A stretch of DNA of 64,000 bases from Candidatus Eisenbergiella merdigallinarum (GTDB lineage: Bacteria > Bacillota > Clostridia > Lachnospirales > Lachnospiraceae), in assembly GCA_019119355.1 (NCBI GenBank), contig DWXE01000010.1:77238-141237 (forward strand). Reading direction: 5' to 3'. Within the stretch, counting starts at the first letter, position 1; each line of letters begins with the position of its first letter. Under the pieces are notes generated by a model. That model was not told the DNA's origin. It saw only the letters and a list, made by a program, of their open reading frames with translations, and made no database searches. Positions 50,585 through 60,384 of the stretch are shown here, one piece after another. The position numbers and the translations under genes were made by a program.

Positions 50585-52063
50585 ATGAAGACGGAGTGGA
50601 AAAAATATCGAAAAAGGATTCTCGTGCTCTTTTTGGGCATCGGAATCGTGGCGTTCGCGGCGGGAGGAAGCGCCTGGTATATGACCGTTTCCCGAAGCGG
50701 CCAGGACGGTGAGGAACCGGAACGGCCCCGACAGCAGGAGCAGGCGGTTCAGACGGTGACGGCGGAGGGAAGCGTTTCCGTGGGGACGGTCAGCCAGACC
50801 TTTGAAATGGATCTTTCCGGGTTTACGGGGGAAAGTGCCCAGGGCTTTTCCTGGCAGGCGGGGATGGATTTCCCGCAGATAAACGCGGGCTCCGCCCTTT
50901 CTTCCGGTTCGGACAGCCGTACCCTTTCCGTGGAGGAAGTGTACGTGGCCGTGGGCGAGGAAGTCAAAGCGGGAGACCCGATTTTGAAGGTGACCGACGA
51001 CGCCCTGGAGCGCATCCGGGAGGACCTGAACAAGGACGTATCCGAAGCCGGGCTGGTGTATGAGCAGATGGTGACCCAGCAGGAACAGACCGGGGCGGAA
51101 GCGTCTGCGGAAAAGAAGGAAAACGAGCTGTACGGCAAGTACGCGGATACGGAATATAATCTGACCGTAAACGAACTGACCGAAGCCGTGGAAGAGCTGC
51201 AGGAGTCCATCTTACAGGTGCAGGAGTCCATGGCGGAGCAGCAGGAGGAGCTGGCGGAGCGAAACGAAGAGCTGGCCCTGCAGCAGGAAGTGCTGGAAAA
51301 CGCCGTTTACAGCGTGGACAACGAGGATCCCGTGGAAAATACATACAGCTGGCTCGTGGCGATGAACGCGAAAGTGGACGCGCAGAGGCTGATCGACAGC
51401 CTGGAAGCGGAAATCGAGGAGCTGGAGGATTCCATCGCGGAGCAGGAAGCGGAAATCGGGGATCTCAACGCGCAGCTGACCGGCGCGCAGCGGGAACTGG
51501 AGACCGGCTCCATCGAGGCGGAGAGCCTCAGGCAGACGAGGCTCATCAACCTGGCCAGCGCGCAGGAGATCTACGATGTGAAGACGCAGCTGGCGCAAAC
51601 CGAATCGGACAACGCCCGCAGAGATTACGAGGAAGCCCGGGAAAGGCTGAACCAACTGGAGGAATATCTGGCAGACGGGCTGATCTGCGCCGAACTGGAC
51701 GGCATCGTCACCGGGGTTACGGTCAGCGCGGGGGACGGGCTGCAGGAGGGCACGGAGCTGATTTCCATCAACGATTATGAGGATGTGACCATCACCGTGA
51801 CGCTGGAGGAATCGGAGATGGAGCTGGCGGCCCTGGGCAGCGGCGTTCTGATCTCGTTTTCCGCGTTCCCGGACGAGACCTTTGCCGGAGAGGTGACGGA
51901 GATCGGAGATGCCCAGATCGACAGCAACACCAATCAGACCACCTACGAAGTGGTGGTGACCGTTCTGGAAAACGGATCCAGGCTGTATGAAGGGATGAGC
52001 GCGGAAGTGACCTTTTCCTCCAGCGGGGGAACGGAAAGCCCGCAGGAAGAGGCGGGAAATTGA
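50585..52063 (+). CDS. HlyD/MacA-type membrane fusion protein 3
   Basis: TM, VEEVYVAVGEEVKAGD, AELDGIV...GDGL, YEVVV...EGMSAEV. Confidence 0.88.
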   Translation: MKTEWKKYRKRILVLFLGIGIVAFAAGGSAWYMTVSRSGQDGEEPERPRQQEQAVQTVTAEGSVSVGTVSQTFEMDLSGFTGESAQGFSWQAGMDFPQINAGSALSSGSDSRTLSVEEVYVAVGEEVKAGDPILKVTDDALERIREDLNKDVSEAGLVYEQMVTQQEQTGAEASAEKKENELYGKYADTEYNLTVNELTEAVEELQESILQVQESMAEQQEELAERNEELALQQEVLENAVYSVDNEDPVENTYSWLVAMNAKVDAQRLIDSLEAEIEELEDSIAEQEAEIGDLNAQLTGAQRELETGSIEAESLRQTRLINLASAQEIYDVKTQLAQTESDNARRDYEEARERLNQLEEYLADGLICAELDGIVTGVTVSAGDGLQEGTELISINDYEDVTITVTLEESEMELAALGSGVLISFSAFPDETFAGEVTEIGDAQIDSNTNQTTYEVVVTVLENGSRLYEGMSAEVTFSSSGGTESPQEEAGN

Positions 52064-52090
52064 AAATGGCGCTTCGAAAGGGAGGAAAGA

Positions 52091-53437
52091 ATGAGACTGA
52101 CGGAAATTCTCAGGCTGGTGAGGCTGAATCTGTCCCAGAACAAGTCGAAAGTGATCCTGACGTCCACCGGGATCCTGGTGGGAGCGGCCACCATCATGCT
52201 GGTGATCGCCATCGGGACCGGCGGGAAGGAGGAGGTGGCGGAGCAGTTCCAGAACCTGAACGCCGGAGCCATCGATATTTCCTATGAATATGAAGGGGAC
52301 AGCGGATTCGGACGGGGGCGGATGGGAGATTTCGGCGGCGGGATGCCCTCGGGGGGCGGAATGCCTTCCGGCGGAGGATCGATGCCCTCCGAAGGCGGTT
52401 TCCCGGGGGGCATGATGGGCGGATTCCCCGGAATGGAGGGCTTCGGATCGCAGCAGAACACGGAACAGATCATTTTGTCCACCGATGAAGTGGGAGAACT
52501 TGAAACCGGAATCGAGGGGCTGGCGGCGGCCACCATTTCCTATACGTCCCGGGCGGACGCCCAGGGAGGGGACCTGGAGGAGGCCGCATCCTATACCGTG
52601 GCCGGCGTGAAGGAAAATTACGCTGAAATCAGCAACCTTTCCATGGAAATCGGGGAGTTCATCACGGAGGAAAACGATACTTATAAAGAAAGGACCTGCG
52701 TGCTGGGCTACGACGTGGCGCGGGAAATGTTCGGAAGTGCGCTGGAGGCCTACGACGAATCCGTCTATATCGACAACCGGCCCTACGTGGTGAACGGCGT
52801 GCTGGATCAGATGGGGACGGTGGCATCCGGGATCAGCCCGGACGAGGCGATTTTTATCCCCTATGAGACCGGGATCAAATACATCACCGGCAAAAACGTG
52901 AGCCCCACGATTACGCTGGTGGCGGAAAACGTGGACGGCGTGGAATCCGTCATGGAGCAGGCGGAGGAAATCCTGGCGCAGATCTGGCCCAACGCCGCCT
53001 TCACCCTGTCCGACGCGGGGAGCAAAATGGAAGCGGCCTCCGCTTCCAACGAAACGCTGACCCTGCTTCTGGCGGCCATGGCGGCCATCGTCTTCGTGGT
53101 GGGCGGAATCGGGATCATGAACGTGCTGTTCGTCTCCGTCAGGGAGCGGACCAACGAAATCGGCATCCTCAAGGCCATCGGCTGCAGCAAAAAGGATATC
53201 CTGCTGGAATTTTTGCTGGAGGCCGCCTGCATCAGCTTTATCGGATCGGTGCTGGGAGTTTTGCTGGCGCTGGGAATCACGCCCGTGATCGAGCAGCTCT
53301 CCGTGCGGGTGGAGCTGTCCGTCTGGGGCGGAATCCTGTCTCTGCTGTTCGGCTGCCTCACGGGAACCGTTTTCGGGTTCTATCCCGCCTGGAAGGCGTC
53401 GAGGCTGATTCCGGTCGTGGCGCTGAACCATGAATAA
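52091..53437 (+). CDS. MacB/FtsX-like ABC permease
   Basis: LTSTGILVG, VGGIGIMN...SVRERTNEIGILKAIG, FGFYPAWKA; Gly/Met-rich loop. Confidence 0.93.
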   Translation: MRLTEILRLVRLNLSQNKSKVILTSTGILVGAATIMLVIAIGTGGKEEVAEQFQNLNAGAIDISYEYEGDSGFGRGRMGDFGGGMPSGGGMPSGGGSMPSEGGFPGGMMGGFPGMEGFGSQQNTEQIILSTDEVGELETGIEGLAAATISYTSRADAQGGDLEEAASYTVAGVKENYAEISNLSMEIGEFITEENDTYKERTCVLGYDVAREMFGSALEAYDESVYIDNRPYVVNGVLDQMGTVASGISPDEAIFIPYETGIKYITGKNVSPTITLVAENVDGVESVMEQAEEILAQIWPNAAFTLSDAGSKMEAASASNETLTLLLAAMAAIVFVVGGIGIMNVLFVSVRERTNEIGILKAIGCSKKDILLEFLLEAACISFIGSVLGVLLALGITPVIEQLSVRVELSVWGGILSLLFGCLTGTVFGFYPAWKASRLIPVVALNHE

Positions 53438-53473
53438 TCCGAAAAAAGAGGAAGAAAGGAGCCGGGAAAAGGC

Positions 53474-54151
53474 ATGGAATCCAGAATCATAGAGATGGAG
53501 GGAATCAATAAGGGATACCGGCTGGGCGAGGAGACCGTGCCGGTGCTGCGGAATATCCGGTTTTCGGTGGAAAAGGGGGAATTCGTCGCCATCCTGGGCC
53601 CTTCGGGGTCCGGGAAAACGACGCTGATGAACATCATCGGCTGCATGGACGTGGCGGACAGCGGAAATTATTACCTGAACGGGGAAGCGATTCACGAGAT
53701 GCCCCAGGACCGTCTCAACGAAATCCGGAACCGTGAGATCGGATTCATCTTCCAGAACTATCAGCTGATTCCCACCTACAATATCCTGCAGAACATCATC
53801 ATGCCCCTGGTGGTGCGGGGAATGACCAGCCGGGAAGCCGAAAAGGAGTGCATGCCCATCATCGAACTGCTGGGGATTTCACATCGGCTGGCGCACAGGC
53901 CCAACGAATTGTCCGGCGGACAGAAACAACGGGTTTCCATCGCCAGGGCGCTGGCGGGACAGCCCGCCATCCTCCTGGCCGACGAGCCCACCGGCGCCCT
54001 GGATTCCTCCAGCGGAAAAGACGTCCTGAAGCTGTTCGAAGAGCTCCACGGCCTGGGCAACACCATCGTCATGATCACCCACGACCTGAATGTGGCGCAG
54101 CACGCCCAGCGCATCGTGCACATCATCGACGGGCAGCTGAGCGAAACCTGA
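53474..54151 (+). CDS. MacB/LolD-type ABC ATP-binding protein
   Basis: GPSGSGKTT, IGFIFQ, LSGGQKQR, ADEPTGALD, MITHD. Confidence 0.95.
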   Translation: MESRIIEMEGINKGYRLGEETVPVLRNIRFSVEKGEFVAILGPSGSGKTTLMNIIGCMDVADSGNYYLNGEAIHEMPQDRLNEIRNREIGFIFQNYQLIPTYNILQNIIMPLVVRGMTSREAEKECMPIIELLGISHRLAHRPNELSGGQKQRVSIARALAGQPAILLADEPTGALDSSSGKDVLKLFEELHGLGNTIVMITHDLNVAQHAQRIVHIIDGQLSET

Positions 54152-54168
54152 CGCGACCCGCCCGGGCA

Positions 54169-54340
54169 ACTTTCCGGCTTCGCCAGCCAAACCCCGCCCC
54201 CCGAAACACGCAGGGAGCCGTTCGGATGACTTTCCGGCTATGCCGGCTGGAACCCCGCCCGGAGACGAAACAGGGAGGAAACCGTCCGGGTGACTTTCCG
54301 GCTATGCCGGCTGGAACCCGAACGGTTCCTCCCTGTTTCG
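54169..54340. repeat. Three degenerate ~60-64 bp tandem units plus a terminal inverted repeat between convergent genes
   Basis: ACTTTCCGGCT(A/T)(T/C)GCC(G/A)GC core at 54169, 54229 and 54293; CGAAACAGGGAGGAA/TTCCTCCCTGTTTCG inverted repeat. Confidence 0.8.
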
Positions 54341-54342
54341 CC

Positions 54343-56100
54343 CTAATACCTGTTGAAGCACGCGAAGATCTCCTGGCGGCGGGGAAGGGCCAGGCCGGTG
54401 GGCACATAGGAAGAGTCGCAGAGGGCGGGAAGCCCTTTTTCCCTGATCAGCCCTTCCAGGGCGTCCACTAAAGCGGTCAGGGTCAGGTTCTTTCCGGCGT
54501 AATGTTCTTTCGCGTAACGAAGAAGATAGGAGAGCGCGGCGGTCTGTTCCGAATCCACCAGCTGTTCCACGTACCGCAGATCCACGGTTTCCTTATCGAT
54601 GGAAAAGGCGGTTTTCCCCAGGGTTTTGAGCTTGGCGTGTTCCTGGCGGGAGGGAGCGCCGTGCCCGCCCTGTCCTCCGCGGAAGCTGCGGCCTCCCGGA
54701 CGCCCGCTGCCGCCGGAAGCCTGATTGACCTTTGAAGTCAACGGGCTGATCCGCTGAAAAGAGGGGATGGTGAAGCCGTCCGCATGGAAGGTTTCGGGCT
54801 TGCGGGTTTTGAGCACTTCCGCGACCTGATCCGTGATATCCAGCGCCCGGTAGCTGTCCATCTGCAGCACCGTGTCCGCGATATAGAAATAGGAACCGCA
54901 GCTGCCCACCACCAGAATGGTGGAAACGCCGGCCCTGTTGTACAGATCCCGGGCCCGGTCCAGAAACGGGGTGATGGGCTCCTTCTTTTTGCTGATGACC
55001 TGCTGCATCAGCGCGTCCCGCACCATGAAGTTGGTGGCGGAGGTATCCTCGTCGATGAGGAAGAGGCGGCAGGACGCTTCCAGGCTCTCCACGATGGCCG
55101 CCGCCTGGGAGGTGCTGCCGCTGGCGTCCAGGGTGGAGAAGCGGCGGGTGTCCGATCCGTTGGGCAGGTCGTTGATGAACAGGGAAATGTCCACCCCGGT
55201 GATTTTGCGGCCGTCCTCAGCCCGCAGCTTGACGGCGGTATCGTCGGTGATCACGTATTCCCGCCCGTCTCCGGCGATGTGGTCGTAGACCCCGCGCTCC
55301 AGAGCCTTTAAGAGGGTGGATTTCCCGTGATAGCCGCCGCCGGCGATGAGGGTAATCCCTTTTTTGATGCCCATGCCCCGCAGGGGGCCGCGATGGGGCA
55401 GGGACAGGGTGACCGCCAGGCTGTCCGGGGAGACGAAGGGGATGGCCTTTTGCATGGGGCGGTCGGAAACTCCGCTTTCCCGGGGCAGAATGGAACCGTC
55501 CGCCACGAAAGCCGCCAGCCCCAGGCCGGAAAGGGCTTCCCGGATATAGTGCTGATCCTCGCTCAAATGGACCGCCTGCTGCACCTGGGAAGCGGGCAGG
55601 GCCCGGTAGAAGAGGGAGGAGGCGACGCACTGTGGGAGATAGTCGAAGAGGATCTTTTTGAGCTCCCCGGCCAGCACCGTGCGCCCTGCGGCCGGAAAGC
55701 CCACCTCAAAGCGGACGATCAGGTCGGAGGGGGTGAATTCGCAGGCCGTGCGGGCCAGCACTTCCTGCCCCGGCCGGCTCACCCCGATGAGGCCGCTCTT
55801 GCCGGAGCCCCCGGCCTGGAAGGTGAAGCGTCCCACGGCCCTGCCGAAGCAGCGCAGGATGTAGTCCGCCAGAGCCGCGCGCTTGTGGGGCGCATCCAGA
55901 AAGGCTTCCGGAAAGCCGGCCCGCCTGCGGCCGATGAGGAGGCTCAGGCGGGAAGGGGATGCGAAAGGATCCCCCTGCACGTGGTCGATGGAAAGAATAT
56001 AGTCTTTAAAGTCATAGGCTCCGGCCAGGGATTTGTAGGCCGGATATCCTTTGTGGTCGATGGAGCGCAGCAGCTGCTCCAGTTCGCTCGCCTGTTTCAT
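54343..56100 (-). CDS. Predicted ABC-class ATPase (ABC_ATPase/MRB1590-like family)
   Basis: DHVQGDPFASPS, ILPRESG, GGGYHGKST, RAEDGR, ASGSTSQA, IDEDTSATNFM, EPITP. Confidence 0.88.
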   Translation of the reverse strand: MKQASELEQLLRSIDHKGYPAYKSLAGAYDFKDYILSIDHVQGDPFASPSRLSLLIGRRRAGFPEAFLDAPHKRAALADYILRCFGRAVGRFTFQAGGSGKSGLIGVSRPGQEVLARTACEFTPSDLIVRFEVGFPAAGRTVLAGELKKILFDYLPQCVASSLFYRALPASQVQQAVHLSEDQHYIREALSGLGLAAFVADGSILPRESGVSDRPMQKAIPFVSPDSLAVTLSLPHRGPLRGMGIKKGITLIAGGGYHGKSTLLKALERGVYDHIAGDGREYVITDDTAVKLRAEDGRKITGVDISLFINDLPNGSDTRRFSTLDASGSTSQAAAIVESLEASCRLFLIDEDTSATNFMVRDALMQQVISKKKEPITPFLDRARDLYNRAGVSTILVVGSCGSYFYIADTVLQMDSYRALDITDQVAEVLKTRKPETFHADGFTIPSFQRISPLTSKVNQASGGSGRPGGRSFRGGQGGHGAPSRQEHAKLKTLGKTAFSIDKETVDLRYVEQLVDSEQTAALSYLLRYAKEHYAGKNLTLTALVDALEGLIREKGLPALCDSSYVPTGLALPRRQEIFACFNRY

Positions 56101-56129
56101 GTCTTCCTCCCTGTTTTCCTGACAGATTG

Positions 56130-57005
56130 TTATTGTTCCTTCACGTTCCCGTAGTACAGGATGCCGATGGCTCCCGGGCCGGCGTGGGTGCCGATGCTGG
56201 GGCTGATATCGTTGATGATGATGTCGGTGAAACCGGTTTCGCTGCGCACGTAGTCCGCCACCAGCTCGGCGTCCTCCAGGCAGTTTCCGTGTACGATGCC
56301 CACGGGGATGGAAGGATCGCAGGGATCGGGAAGGGTTTCCTTCATCCGGTCAACCAGCTTGCGCAGGCTCTTTTTGCGGCCTCTCACCGTGCCGGCGGAA
56401 GTCAGCTTCCCTTCCGCGTTCACGTACAGGAAAGGCTTCAGATTCAGGGCGGAGCCCACTACGGCCGTGGTTTTGGAAACCCGGCCTCCCCGCTGCAGAT
56501 GGAACAGGTCGTCCACGGTGAACTGGACGTTCATGTGGGTCTTGAACTCCTCCAGATAAGCGGCCGTCTCCTCCAGCGTGTGCCCCGCTTCCCGGTACAG
56601 ATCGCCCTGCATGACCATAATGGCTTCGCTCAGGGAGACGTTCAGGGAGTCGATGACTTCAATGCGGCTTTCGGGATAGTCCTCCATCAGCTCCCGGGCC
56701 GTGACGCAGACGTTGTTATAGCTGCCGGACAGAGCGGAGGAGAAGGCCACGTGCAGGATGTCGTACCCCTGCTGAAGAAGGGCTTCGAATCTGTCGCGGA
56801 TCACGGCCGGGTTGTTGGCCTGGCTGCCGGGAAGTTCCCCGTTTTTCATCCGTTCATAAAATTCGGCGGGCTCCATGTTGAGCTCGTCGCCGTACACCGT
56901 ATCCCCGAAGGAATAGTACTGGGGAATGATGGTGGTGGAATGCGCCTGAATATAAGAAGCAGGCAAATCCGAATTGGAATCCGTGGTGATGACAAAAGGT
57001 CTCAT
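56130..57005 (-). CDS. DegV family fatty-acid-binding protein
   Basis: ITTDSNSDL, SQAN, SSALSGSY, IDS, LQRGGRV, IGTHAGPG. Confidence 0.93.
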   Translation of the reverse strand: MRPFVITTDSNSDLPASYIQAHSTTIIPQYYSFGDTVYGDELNMEPAEFYERMKNGELPGSQANNPAVIRDRFEALLQQGYDILHVAFSSALSGSYNNVCVTARELMEDYPESRIEVIDSLNVSLSEAIMVMQGDLYREAGHTLEETAAYLEEFKTHMNVQFTVDDLFHLQRGGRVSKTTAVVGSALNLKPFLYVNAEGKLTSAGTVRGRKKSLRKLVDRMKETLPDPCDPSIPVGIVHGNCLEDAELVADYVRSETGFTDIIINDISPSIGTHAGPGAIGILYYGNVKEQ

Positions 57006-57186
57006 CGTTTTGTAATTTCCTCCCTGATATTTTGAATTTTCGCAGCAAAAATCGATTGTTATCCATTATAAAGATCCCAAAAAAGATTGTCAATAAGGGG
57101 GCTTTGGCGGATAATGTATGGAAAGGGCGCAGGGGATATGCTATAATGCAATTCGATACGATGTCGGAAAGGAAAAGGAGTGCGGG

Positions 57187-58014
57187 ATGAGATTCCAAGA
57201 AGAGGTGATTTCCAAAATTATGACCTATTTCACCGTGATTTTGCTGCTGGGCATCCTGATTTTCGAGGCGTGGTCGCTGCAGCGGGAACGGGCTTCGCGC
57301 AGGGAGGCCGAGGCGTCGGCCACGGCCGCGTATGACCGGCTGGACGAGATGTCGGGGCAGAATGCGCGGCTGAAAGAGGAAAACGAAGGGCTCCACGCGC
57401 GGCTGGACGAATGGGAACCCTATCTGTCCCTGGCGGAAGACGACGAGATGACGTCCCTGAAGCGCGAGCTGTTTTCCCACCCGGCCCTGATCCCTGATCA
57501 GGCGGCGGAAGCGTTGGCCGCAGAGATTTCCGGAGAGGAAGAGGCGGATTCGGACGGGGAGGATTCCCGGAAGGGGGATTCGGAAGCGGAGGAAACCGGG
57601 GAAGCGAAGCAGGAGCTGGAATTCGAATTTCATAAGGACGGCGGGGAGCCCGTCTTTTTCCCTCTGAGCACGCAGGTGGTGGATGCGGACAACTGCCTGA
57701 TTTATACGGTGGCCTATGAAAAGACCAGCGGCCGCAGGCTGGGGCTTTTGTATGAGGTGGATCTGGAGCGGGTGCGCCGGGAAGCCCTGGAGGAAGAAAC
57801 GGCCGGGACGGACGGAGAAGCGCAGGGAGAAGACGGCGCAGCGGAGCCGTCCGAAACGCCTGAATCTTCCGAATCCGCCGAAGCGCAGGAGGAATCCGGA
57901 GAGGAAACCGGGGAGGATCCGGAGGAGGAGATCCCGGGAGCGTGGACCTGCGTGGCCTACAATACGGGAAGCGGATGGAACGGAGTGGAAGAGAACGGGG
58001 AGCAGGAGCGATGA
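57187..58014 (+). CDS. Hypothetical membrane-anchored acidic protein
   Basis: TM helix, coiled coil, Glu-rich linkers; SD AAGGAG. Confidence 0.7.
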   Translation: MRFQEEVISKIMTYFTVILLLGILIFEAWSLQRERASRREAEASATAAYDRLDEMSGQNARLKEENEGLHARLDEWEPYLSLAEDDEMTSLKRELFSHPALIPDQAAEALAAEISGEEEADSDGEDSRKGDSEAEETGEAKQELEFEFHKDGGEPVFFPLSTQVVDADNCLIYTVAYEKTSGRRLGLLYEVDLERVRREALEEETAGTDGEAQGEDGAAEPSETPESSESAEAQEESGEETGEDPEEEIPGAWTCVAYNTGSGWNGVEENGEQER

Positions 58015-58805
58015 AATCCGAAGAATATCTGTTGTCCTGCTGCGGCAGGGCGAAAGAGGAAGGCGATTACGGAGCCTATCTGCGGGCGAAGAGCGAGCTG
58101 GCGGATTTTTACCGGGAGGCCTTCCGGTTTGAAGAAGCGCTTACGGCGGCGGAGGACGTGCTGATGCTGCTGGAGGAGCTGAATCTGGAGGAATCGGAGA
58201 GCTTCGCCCTGGCTTTGATCCGGGCCGCGGCGATCTGCCGGGAAGCGGGAAGGGAAGAGGAGGCGCTGAGGGACTTCACCCGGGCGCTGCGGATTTTTGA
58301 AACCGTGCCGAAGCCCGACGAAGGACACCTTGCCTCTCTGGAACGGGAGATCGGATTCCTCCTGCAGCGTCAGGGAGAGCCGGAAAAGGCGGCCGCATGT
58401 TTCACCCGGGCGCTGTCCCTTCTGGAAAAACGGCCCGACGCGAAGGGGGAGAGGGCGGAAGTTAAGACCGATTTGGCCCTGCTGGCGCTGCAGGGAAAAG
58501 AACCGCAGAGGGCGCAGGCCCTTCTGGAGGAAGCCATCGCGGAATTTTCGGAAGCTCACAGGCAGGAGGACGTGCGCTACAGCGCGGCCCTGGCCGGCCT
58601 GGGGGAAGCGCTGTTTTCCCAGGGAAGGCTGGAAAAGGCGCTGGAAGCATATGGGCGCGCGCTGGCGGAGATCGAAAGCCGGTTCGGAAAAAATGAGAGC
58701 TACGCCCTCCTGTGCGGGAACTGCGCGGCGATCTGCCGGCAGCTGGGCGAGACGAAACGGGCGGACAGCTACGAGCGGGCGGCCGCCCTGCGCGAAAAGG
58801 ATTGA
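58011..58805 (+). CDS. Tetratricopeptide repeat protein
   Basis: Repeated A...G..E.A...F.RAL helical pairs; ATGA overlap with the upstream gene. Confidence 0.82.
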   Translation: MKSEEYLLSCCGRAKEEGDYGAYLRAKSELADFYREAFRFEEALTAAEDVLMLLEELNLEESESFALALIRAAAICREAGREEEALRDFTRALRIFETVPKPDEGHLASLEREIGFLLQRQGEPEKAAACFTRALSLLEKRPDAKGERAEVKTDLALLALQGKEPQRAQALLEEAIAEFSEAHRQEDVRYSAALAGLGEALFSQGRLEKALEAYGRALAEIESRFGKNESYALLCGNCAAICRQLGETKRADSYERAAALREKD

Positions 58806-58810
58806 AACAT

Positions 58811-59212
58811 ATGTTCGAATGTGCTAAAATGAAGTCCGAAAGGCTCCGGAAGGCGGACGGCATCCTGATCGCCGCTGTCCTGGCGGTCGCCTGCCTGGCC
58901 GCTCTGTTTTTTTATGCGCGGGGAGGGGAGAAGCCCGCCCTTGCGGTGATCGAACAGGACGGGAGGGAACTCATGCGCCTGCCCCTGGACGGGGAGCGCG
59001 ACATCCGGATCGAAGGGGAGGGCGGCGGTTACAATCTGGTGGAGATCGGGCCGGAGGGCGTGCGGGTCGCGCAGGCCGACTGTCCGGATCTGACCTGCGT
59101 TCATCAGGGGACCATCCGCCGTGCGGGCGAGAGCATCATCTGCCTGCCGCACAGGCTGGTGATCCGCCTGGAAGGAGGGGCGGACAGCGGGCCGGACGCT
59201 GTGACGGGATAG
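58811..59212 (+). CDS. NusG domain II-containing protein
   Basis: KADGIL TM, YNLVEI, ADCPDLTCV..G.I...GESIICLPHRL; start uncertain (58811 or 58829). Confidence 0.88.
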   Translation: MFECAKMKSERLRKADGILIAAVLAVACLAALFFYARGGEKPALAVIEQDGRELMRLPLDGERDIRIEGEGGGYNLVEIGPEGVRVAQADCPDLTCVHQGTIRRAGESIICLPHRLVIRLEGGADSGPDAVTG

Positions 59213-59216
59213 ACGA

Positions 59217-59711
59217 ATGAAACGAAAAACGGTTGTTTTGGGGATGATGGCCGCCGCGGCCCTCATGCTGTCTTATGTGGAATCGATTTTGCCCCTGACG
59301 CCCTCCATTCCGGGCGTCCGGCTGGGGCTGCCCAATCTGATCGTGGTGCTCTGCCTGTACTTATACGGATGGAAGGAAGCGCTTCTGACGAACCTCGCCC
59401 GGGTGCTGCTTTCTTCTTTTTTGTTCGGGAATCTGTACGGAATGCTCTACAGCCTCTGCGGCGCCCTGTTTTCCTTTGCGGCCATGGGGCTGGCGAAGCG
59501 CTCCAGGCATTTTTCCATGGTAGGCACCAGCGTCTGGGGCGGCGTTTTTCACAACGTGGGCCAGCTTCTGGCGGCGATGTTCACGGTCCAGACCGCGCAG
59601 GTGGCCTTTTATCTGCCCTGGCTTCTGGCGGCGGGCTGCGCGGCGGGCGTTTTCAACGGCGTCTGCGCCCGGAGTGCCCTGGCCCATCTGCCGCCCGGCT
59701 TTGGAAAATGA
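59217..59711 (+). CDS. Gx transporter family protein (heptaprenyl diphosphate synthase component I-like)
   Basis: SYVESILP...PGVRLGLPN, GGVFHNVGQL, YLP. Confidence 0.88.
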   Translation: MKRKTVVLGMMAAAALMLSYVESILPLTPSIPGVRLGLPNLIVVLCLYLYGWKEALLTNLARVLLSSFLFGNLYGMLYSLCGALFSFAAMGLAKRSRHFSMVGTSVWGGVFHNVGQLLAAMFTVQTAQVAFYLPWLLAAGCAAGVFNGVCARSALAHLPPGFGK

Positions 59712-59756
59712 GAGGAAGCGCCGCTTCGGCGACGGCGCTTCGGAACGGAGGAAAAA

Positions 59757-60365
59757 ATGTTTGCTTATCTGATCGGCACCGTGGCGGAAGTCTCGCAGGA
59801 AAGCCTGGTGCTGGAGGTCAACCGGATCGGCTACCATATCCGGATTCCTGCCAGCGCGGTTTCCCTTCTGCCTCCCGTTGGGGAAGAGGTTAAAATATAC
59901 ACGTACACCAGCGTCCGGGAGGACGCCATCGCGCTGTTCGGCTTTCTGCGAAAGGACGATCTGGAGATGTACCGGCAGCTGATCAACGTCAGCGGGATCG
60001 GGCCGAAGGCCGGCCTGTCGGTGCTGTCGGTCCTGTCCGCGGACGAGATCCGTCTGGCGGTGATTTCCCAGGATGAAAAGGCCATCGCCAAAGCGCCGGG
60101 CATCGGGCGCAAGACGGCCCAGCGCATCATTCTGGAGCTGAAGGACAGGATTTCCCTGGAGGACGCGTTTTCGTCCGGGGAAGAGGCGGCGCCGTCCATG
60201 GCCGCGGCCGGCCAGGGCGCTTCGGGGCAGGCCCGCCAGGAAGCGGTGGAGGCCCTCACGGCCCTGGGATATTCCGCTTCCGACGCCCTTCGGGCGGTGA
60301 ACGCCGCAGCGCAGGAGGATATGGATGTGGAAGATCTGCTGAAGGCCGCGCTTCGGAAGATGTAG
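59757..60365 (+). CDS. ruvA: Holliday junction branch migration protein RuvA
   Basis: [44 protein letters not shown]. Confidence 0.96.
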   Translation: MFAYLIGTVAEVSQESLVLEVNRIGYHIRIPASAVSLLPPVGEEVKIYTYTSVREDAIALFGFLRKDDLEMYRQLINVSGIGPKAGLSVLSVLSADEIRLAVISQDEKAIAKAPGIGRKTAQRIILELKDRISLEDAFSSGEEAAPSMAAAGQGASGQARQEAVEALTALGYSASDALRAVNAAAQEDMDVEDLLKAALRKM

Positions 60366-60384
60366 GGATGGGATGGAGATTCGT

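Noticed and set aside
51212-53695. 827-aa minus-strand ORF (likewise 11139-13016, 26096-27649, 31975-33498 and 48984-50561)
   Set aside because: Antisense shadows of well-supported plus-strand genes
54169-54320. Possible mini CRISPR array (~28-bp palindromic repeats with ~32-36-bp gaps)
   Set aside because: The gaps resemble each other, there are only three degenerate units, and there is no AT-rich leader or cas gene in the window
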